64,000 bases of DNA. Origin: an uncultured delta proteobacterium. GTDB lineage: Bacteria; Desulfobacterota; Binatia; JACPRU01. Where the stretch lies: contig CAVUWD010000014.1 in assembly GCA_963745025.1 (NCBI GenBank), positions 32,001 to 96,000 of the forward strand. The letters are read 5' to 3'. A program made the translations under genes and the position numbers. Below are positions 58,653-64,000 of this stretch, piece after piece. Positions within the stretch are counted from its first letter, which is position 1. Each line of letters begins with the position of its first letter. Below the pieces are notes generated by a model that made no database searches, was not told the origin of the DNA, and was given only the letters and a program-made list of their open reading frames with translations.

Positions 58653-59762
58653 TCAAAACCGCACCACGGCCCGGATCGACTCGCCGCGGTGCATGAGATC
58701 GAAGCCCTCGTTGATTCGTTCGAGCGGCAGCACGTGGGTGATGAGGTCGTCGATGTCGAGACGTCCTTGCATGTACCAGTCGACGATCTTCGGCACGTCC
58801 GTGCGGCCCCTCGCACCGCCGAACGCGGTGCCTTTCCATACCCTGCCGGTGACGAGCTGGAAGGGGCGCGTCGAGATCTCCTGACCGGCGCCGGCGACGC
58901 CGATGATCACGCTCACGCCCCAGCCCTTGTGGCAGCATTCGAGCGCCTGCCGCATGACCGTCACGTTACCGATGCACTCGAAGCTGTAGTCGGCGCCGCC
59001 TCCGGTGAGGCTCACCAGGTGGGGCACTAGATCGCCTTCGACCTCGTTCGGGTTCACGAAGTCCGTCATGCCGAACTTCTCGGCGAGCGCCCGCTTCGCG
59101 GGGTTGACGTCGACGCCGACGATCCGGTTGGCGCCGCAGAGGCGCGCTCCCTGAATGACGTTCAACCCGATCCCGCCGAGCCCGAAGACCACGACGTTCG
59201 CGCCGGCCTCGACCTTGGCGGTGTTGATGACCGCGCCGATACCCGTGGTCACGCCGCAGCCGACGTAGCAAACCTTGTCGAAAGGCGCGTCCTCACGGAT
59301 CTTGGCGACGGCGATCTCGGGGAGCACCGTGTAGTGCGCGAACGTCGAGGTCCCCATGTAGTGGTGAACTTTGGTCCCGCCGAGCGAGAAGCGACTGGTG
59401 CCGTCGGGCATGACGCCCCTCCCCTGCGTCTCGCGGATCGCCTGGCAGAGGTTCGTCTTGCGGCTGAGGCAGTACTCGCACTGGCGGCACTCCGGCGTGT
59501 AGAGCGGGATCACGTGGTCGCCCTTCTTCACGCTGGCGACGCCGGCGCCCACCTCCACCACGACGCCGGCGCCCTCGTGGCCGAGGATGGCGGGGAACAA
59601 TCCCTCGGGATCGGCACCGGAGCGCGTGAACTCGTCGGTGTGGCAGATCCCGGTGGCGTGGATCTCGACCATCACCTCGCCCGCGCGCGGGCCGTCGAGA
59701 TCGACGGTCTCGATCGCCAAGGGCTCGCCCGCCTTGTGCGCGACTGCGGCTTTGACTTTCAT
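58653..59762 (-). CDS. frmA: S-(hydroxymethyl)glutathione dehydrogenase / class III alcohol dehydrogenase
   Basis: [36 protein letters not shown] and [15 protein letters not shown]. Confidence 0.95.
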   Translation of the reverse strand: MKVKAAVAHKAGEPLAIETVDLDGPRAGEVMVEIHATGICHTDEFTRSGADPEGLFPAILGHEGAGVVVEVGAGVASVKKGDHVIPLYTPECRQCEYCLSRKTNLCQAIRETQGRGVMPDGTSRFSLGGTKVHHYMGTSTFAHYTVLPEIAVAKIREDAPFDKVCYVGCGVTTGIGAVINTAKVEAGANVVVFGLGGIGLNVIQGARLCGANRIVGVDVNPAKRALAEKFGMTDFVNPNEVEGDLVPHLVSLTGGGADYSFECIGNVTVMRQALECCHKGWGVSVIIGVAGAGQEISTRPFQLVTGRVWKGTAFGGARGRTDVPKIVDWYMQGRLDIDDLITHVLPLERINEGFDLMHRGESIRAVVRF

Positions 59763-59905
59763 CGATCTGCCCCCTCAAGACGAGATGTCCGCCACTCTGA
59801 CGTCGTGGGCATGACCGTTTGTCAAGCGATTCGCCCTGACGACAGGCCATCGTCGCGGGGCGCTCGCGAAGTCACGGCGAGCGTTCGGATGGTTCCGGAA
59901 CGCCC

Positions 59906-60335
59906 TCAGGCGCGCATCGCGTAGAGGCCGGAGAACGGATCTCGACGGCAGCCTGCCGAACTCTCGAAAGCGCGGCCTCGGCGAGCTCACGCGCCTTGCT
60001 CGCCGAGCACCGCGTCGATGCCCTCGCTCTGGGCGAGCGACTGCGTCATGCGGTAAAGCGTGCTCACGCTGTAGAGAAGCTTGCCGATGAAGTTGATGTT
60101 CTCGTCGACGTTCGCCGAGCAGTTCATCTCCAGCATGAGGTAGGTGCCGCCGGGGGCGAGCGCGCGCCGGATCGCCTTCAGCAACGCGACGGGATGGGCC
60201 GATTCGTGCACCATGTCGAAGGCCGTGATGAAGTCGAACTTCGGTCCGCGCATCCGTTTGGCGTCGAGCACTTTGAAGGTGATCCGCTTCCCGATGCCTT
60301 CGAAGCGGGCATTGGCGCGGGCGCGGCCGATCACA
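59906..60335 (-). pseudogene. Class I SAM-methyltransferase C-terminal fragment with frameshifts
   Basis: FDFITAFDMVH...AIRRALAPGGTYLMLE...LLYSVSTLY.MTQSLA. The N-terminal SAM-binding motif is absent and the tail continues in shifted frames to a TGA at 59906. Confidence 0.65.
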
Positions 60336-60475
60336 ACCGACCGCGCTCTTCGTCGTCCCGAAGCATTCGAGGCGAAGACTGAGGCGTTACGCGAGCGAAT
60401 AACGCCTGAATCGCTCCGCAAGACAGGCGACTCGACGCCGAGGATTTCGGCGACTGCCGGCAGCGCTCAACTATC

Positions 60476-61252
60476 TCAGCGACCGCGGAAGACCGGCCTT
60501 CGCTTCTCGAGAAACGCGCGTACGCCTTCGCGATAGTCCTCGCTCGCGAAGCAGGCCCGGATCGATTCGGCGGCCGCCTCGGTTTCGTCGCGGCCTCGCG
60601 CCAGCGCGCCGAGCATGCGCTTGGCGCTGCGGATCGTCAGCGGCGCGTTGGAGGCGATGTCCTCGGCGGCCTTGCGCACGAAGGGCTCGAGCTCGCGCTT
60701 CGCCACGACCGCGTTGACGAGCCCCTTCCGCGCCGCTTCCCCGGCATCGAAGCGGCGCGCCGTGAAGAGGATCTCCTTTGCGACCGATTCGCCGACCACG
60801 GCCGTCAGAGCCGCCAGGCCGTGCGCCGGATAGCCGAGCCCGAGCCGAGCCGCGGGGATCGCAAACGTGGCGTCGTCGGCGGCGTAGCGAATGTCGGCAC
60901 AGAGGGCGAGCGCGACACCGCCGCCGACGCAGAATCCGTGAATCATGGCGAGGAGCGGTTTCGTCACCGCCCGCAGCGCCTCGAACGCCCTCGCGTTCTC
61001 TTCCTCGTACCGGCTGCCTGCCTCGCCGGTGCGCAGTCGCTCGAACTCGGAGATGTCCGCGCCGGCGACGAACGCTTCCTCGCCCGCTCCGCGGAGGATC
61101 ACCACGCGAACGGCGTCGTCCTCGTCGACTCTCTTTGCCGCGGGCGAGATCGCCCGCCACATCTCGCCGGTGATCGCGTTTCGTCGCTCGGCGTGGTCGA
61201 AGACGATCCAGCCGATAGCGCCCTCGCGAACGATGCGCACTTCGCCGGGCAT
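60476..61252 (-). CDS. Enoyl-CoA hydratase/isomerase family protein
   Basis: [30 protein letters not shown] and SEDYREG..AFLEKR. Confidence 0.9.
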   Translation of the reverse strand: MPGEVRIVREGAIGWIVFDHAERRNAITGEMWRAISPAAKRVDEDDAVRVVILRGAGEEAFVAGADISEFERLRTGEAGSRYEEENARAFEALRAVTKPLLAMIHGFCVGGGVALALCADIRYAADDATFAIPAARLGLGYPAHGLAALTAVVGESVAKEILFTARRFDAGEAARKGLVNAVVAKRELEPFVRKAAEDIASNAPLTIRSAKRMLGALARGRDETEAAAESIRACFASEDYREGVRAFLEKRRPVFRGR

Positions 61253-61367
61253 CAGCAGCCCCCTCGACGCGGTACGGTGCCTTGCATTCTTGGCTCTCTA
61301 TCTCGTTCGAAAGATCGTGTCGATTCGCCTTGACTGCATGGCCGGCGACGCGCGAAACCTTGGTTCG

Positions 61368-61881
61368 ATGCGCTCGCTCCTGCTTTTTTGCGCGCTGCTT
61401 CTGCTACCGGCGAGCGTGGGCGCCAACCTGCTCAAGGAAGGCGACAAGGCGCCCGATTTCACGCTCACGGATCAGGGCGGAAAGCCCGTCCGACTCGCCG
61501 ATTTCCACGGGAAGTCGAACGTGGTCATCGCCTTCTACGTGATGGCGTTCACGCCCGGCTGAACGCAAGAGCTGAAAGCGTATCAGGCCGATGCGCCCGA
61601 GCTCCGGAAATCCGAGACGCGAGGTGTTAGCGATCAGCGTCGATGATCGAAAGACCGTGCGCGAATTTGCCGACTCGCTCGGCGCGTCGTATCCTCTTCT
61701 TTCGGACGAGACGCGGGAGGTCTCCAAATCCTATGGCGTCCTCGATGCGAGCGGGCGAATCGACCGGCGCGTCACCTTCGTCGTCGATCGTGAGGGAGTC
61801 ATCCGCAAGGTCGACGAAGGCATGGCCGCCGTCGATCCGAGCGCCGTCGTGAAGTTCTGCAGCGTCCTCAAACGCAAGTGA
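61368..61881 (+). CDS. Peroxiredoxin (AhpC/TSA, BCP-like), probable selenoprotein (TGA at 61560-61562), with an additional frameshift near 61620
   Basis: GDKAPDFTL...[20 protein letters not shown]: the TGA occupies the peroxidatic Cys of FTPGCT. C-terminal half EVLAISVD...YPLLSD...[13 protein letters not shown]. Confidence 0.8.
61569..61604 (+). promoter_or_regulatory. Candidate bacterial SECIS hairpin
   Basis: GAGCT/AGCTC lower stem, GCGTATC/GATGCGC upper stem, and an AGGCC loop beginning 22 nt after the UGA with G at loop position 2. Confidence 0.65.
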
Positions 61882-61892
61882 ACGGAGTCCCT

Positions 61893-62978
61893 ATGCGCGC
61901 CGCCGTCATGAGACAGAAGAAGCTCGTGGTCACCGATCTCCCCATGCCGGAGCCCGGCCCCGGCGAGGTGCTCGTCAAGACCCTCGCCTGTGGGATCTGC
62001 GGCTCGGACCTGCACGCGCTGAAGCACGCCGAGAAGCTCGTCGACAGCGCGCGACGGTCGGGCGGGCCGTTCGTAATGGACCTCGCACGCGACATCGTGA
62101 TGGGTCACGAGTTCTGCGCCGAGATCGTCGACCACGGCCCCGCGACCACCAAGGCGCTGAAGACCGGCACGCGCGTCTGCTCGCTGCCGGTGCTGATCCG
62201 GCCCACAGGCGTCGAGACCGTCGGCTACTCGAACGACAACCCGGGGGGTTACGGCGAGTACATGCGACTCACCGAGGCCCTCCTGCTCGAAGTGCCGGCG
62301 GGCCTTTCTACGGAGCACGCCGCCCTCACCGAGCCGCTGGCCGTCGGCCTGCATGCCGTCGAGAAATCGCGGCTCGACAAGCAGGACGTGCCGCTCGTCA
62401 TCGGCTGTGGGCCCGTCGGTCTCGCGGTGATCGCGGCGCTCCGCCTGAAGAACGTCCATCCGATCGTGGCCGCGGACTTCTCGAAGCGCCGGCGCGAGCT
62501 CGCGACGGCGCTCGGCGCCGACATCGTCGTCGATCCGGCCGAGAAGTCTCCCTACGAAAGCTGGAAGCAAGTGGCGACTTGGAGCGATCCCGCCGAGGCA
62601 CCGCCCTTGCCGCCCTGGATTCCCGGACCAGCGCTGCGGCCTGCGGTCATCTTCGAGTGCGTCGGCGTGCCCGGCGTCATCGACAAGATCATGATGTCGG
62701 CCCCGCCGGGAGCCCGCGTCGTGGTCGTCGGCGTGTGCATGGAGCGCGACTCGATCGAGCCGATGTTCGGCATCAACAAGGAGCTGAATCTGCAGTTCGT
62801 GCTCGGCTACACGCCCGAGGAGTTCGCCGCCACGCTCTACAACATCGCGGACGGCAAGATTCTGACCGAGCCGCTGATCACCGGCAAAGTCGGCGTCGAG
62901 GGAGTGGCCGGCGCCTTCGAAGAGCTCGCCTCGCCCGAGCGGCACGCGAAGATCCTCGTCGAGCCCTGGCGGAGCTGA
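61893..62978 (+). CDS. Zinc-binding (MDR) dehydrogenase
   Basis: CGICGSDLH, MGHEF, LTEPLAVGLHA, IGCGPVG and FECVGVPG. Confidence 0.9.
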   Translation: MRAAVMRQKKLVVTDLPMPEPGPGEVLVKTLACGICGSDLHALKHAEKLVDSARRSGGPFVMDLARDIVMGHEFCAEIVDHGPATTKALKTGTRVCSLPVLIRPTGVETVGYSNDNPGGYGEYMRLTEALLLEVPAGLSTEHAALTEPLAVGLHAVEKSRLDKQDVPLVIGCGPVGLAVIAALRLKNVHPIVAADFSKRRRELATALGADIVVDPAEKSPYESWKQVATWSDPAEAPPLPPWIPGPALRPAVIFECVGVPGVIDKIMMSAPPGARVVVVGVCMERDSIEPMFGINKELNLQFVLGYTPEEFAATLYNIADGKILTEPLITGKVGVEGVAGAFEELASPERHAKILVEPWRS

Positions 62979-63082
62979 GCGCCGAGCGCGCGCCACGGAA
63001 CTCGGCATCGGGCGCTTCCTCTCGCCGACGCTCGAGCGAGGCGGTGGCTTGCGCCAGACCCGCTCGAGCGTATAGTCAGCGG

Positions 63083-63430
63083 ATGTCGATATCGAATGCC
63101 GATGGGAATGATCGAGACCTCTACGCCGGGCTGATCCGCCTCCACATCCTTCACCACGCGGCGCTCGAGTCGGTGTTCGGCTCGTGGATCACCGAAGAGC
63201 TCGCACGCCACGGATACCGGCTGAGCGCGGGAACCTTGTATCCGCTGCTCCATGGGCTGGAGCGTCGCGGCTATCTGCGCTCGAAGATCGAGCGCGCGGG
63301 CCGCCGGTCTCGGCGGATGTACCGGGCGACGCCGCGCGGCCGGCGGGCCCTCGTCGCCGCCAAAGGAAGAGTGCAGGAGCTGTTCGGCGAGCTGTTCGAA
63401 GAGAGGCTTCGGCCGAGGAGGTCGCGATGA
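63083..63430 (+). CDS. PadR-family transcriptional regulator
   Basis: LIRLHILHHA...GTLYPLLHGLERRGYL...YRATPRG. Confidence 0.88.
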   Translation: MSISNADGNDRDLYAGLIRLHILHHAALESVFGSWITEELARHGYRLSAGTLYPLLHGLERRGYLRSKIERAGRRSRRMYRATPRGRRALVAAKGRVQELFGELFEERLRPRRSR

Positions 63431-63861
63431 ATGCTGTACGGGAGCGGTGGCGCCTCGCCGCCGGCTTGCTGCTCGTCCGCGCGATGATCGGTGGTGTCTT
63501 CCTCTCCGAAGGCATCCAGAAGTTCCTCTTCCCCGAGGCGCTCGGCGTCGGGCGCTTCACCCAGATCGGCATCCCGGTCCCCGCGCTGTCGGCGCCGTTC
63601 GTGGGAATCGTCGAGATCGCGTGCGGCGCGCTCACGCTCCTCGGCCTCTGGACGTCGCTGGCCACCCTGCCGCTTCTCGCCGATATGGCTGTCGCGATCG
63701 CCACGACCAAGGTGCCGATTCTCCTGCAGAAGGGCTTCTGGAGCATGGCCCATGAGGCGCGCACGGACTACTGCATGGTGCTCGGGTCGCTGACGCTCTT
63801 CCTCTTGGGCGGCGGTGCCTGGTCCGTCGACGCTGCGCGATGGCCGGAAAGAGAGCCATGA
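63427..63861 (+). CDS. DoxX family membrane protein
   Basis: GGVFLSEGIQKF, VEIACG..LLG and GGGAWSVD. ATGA overlap with padR. Confidence 0.88.
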   Translation: MNAVRERWRLAAGLLLVRAMIGGVFLSEGIQKFLFPEALGVGRFTQIGIPVPALSAPFVGIVEIACGALTLLGLWTSLATLPLLADMAVAIATTKVPILLQKGFWSMAHEARTDYCMVLGSLTLFLLGGGAWSVDAARWPEREP

Positions 63862-64000
63862 GGAGGCCTGCAGGCTCGTCCGTGTCAGGGGCAGCGCTCG
63901 GCGCGCTGGCGCTCGTCGGTTCGGTCGTCGCGGCCGAGCCGCCGACGGGGGATTACCTGCCCGAGAACGCATCGGCGGCGGCGTCGGCGGCGTTGGCTCA
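63858..64000 (+). CDS. Partial exported protein (runs off window end)
   Basis: ATGA overlap with DoxX; MRRPAGSSVSGAALGALALVGSVVAAEP is signal-peptide-like. Confidence 0.5.
   Translation, partial: MRRPAGSSVSGAALGALALVGSVVAAEPPTGDYLPENASAAASAALA

Noticed and set aside
59987-59989. TGA in the methyltransferase fragment as selenocysteine
   Set aside because: It is not at a Cys-equivalent site, arises from frameshifts in a decayed gene, and no hairpin was seen.

Overview
GC-rich bacterial window, mostly catabolic and redox genes: CoA ligases/transferases, acyl-CoA dehydrogenases, SDRs, crotonases, an LLM oxidoreductase, a PQQ quinohemoprotein, SodC and FrmA. Main points: (1) tRNA-Leu(CAA) at 31402-31486 (-) is an integration hotspot. 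Its 3' half is duplicated at 26053-26108, two clear and one possible tyrosine-integrase C-terminal remnants lie nearby, and the ~5.3 kb island between the repeats carries a tightly linked four-gene signalling module (coiled-coil protein, membrane OmpA-domain protein with a longin-like cytoplasmic segment, Ras/Rab-like small GTPase, class III nucleotide cyclase). (2) A probable selenocysteine peroxiredoxin has an in-frame TGA at the catalytic Cys position followed by a SECIS-like hairpin. (3) A four-subunit benzoyl-CoA-reductase/2-hydroxyacyl-CoA-dehydratase-type enzyme is split over two convergent units. (4) A cyclohexanecarboxylate (bad/ali)-like operon has badH and badI both reduced by internal deletions. 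(5) A three-hairpin structured intergenic element sits at 345-548. Several genes are frameshifted or fragmentary, from decay or assembly error. All product calls come from motif recognition by eye; no database search was run.
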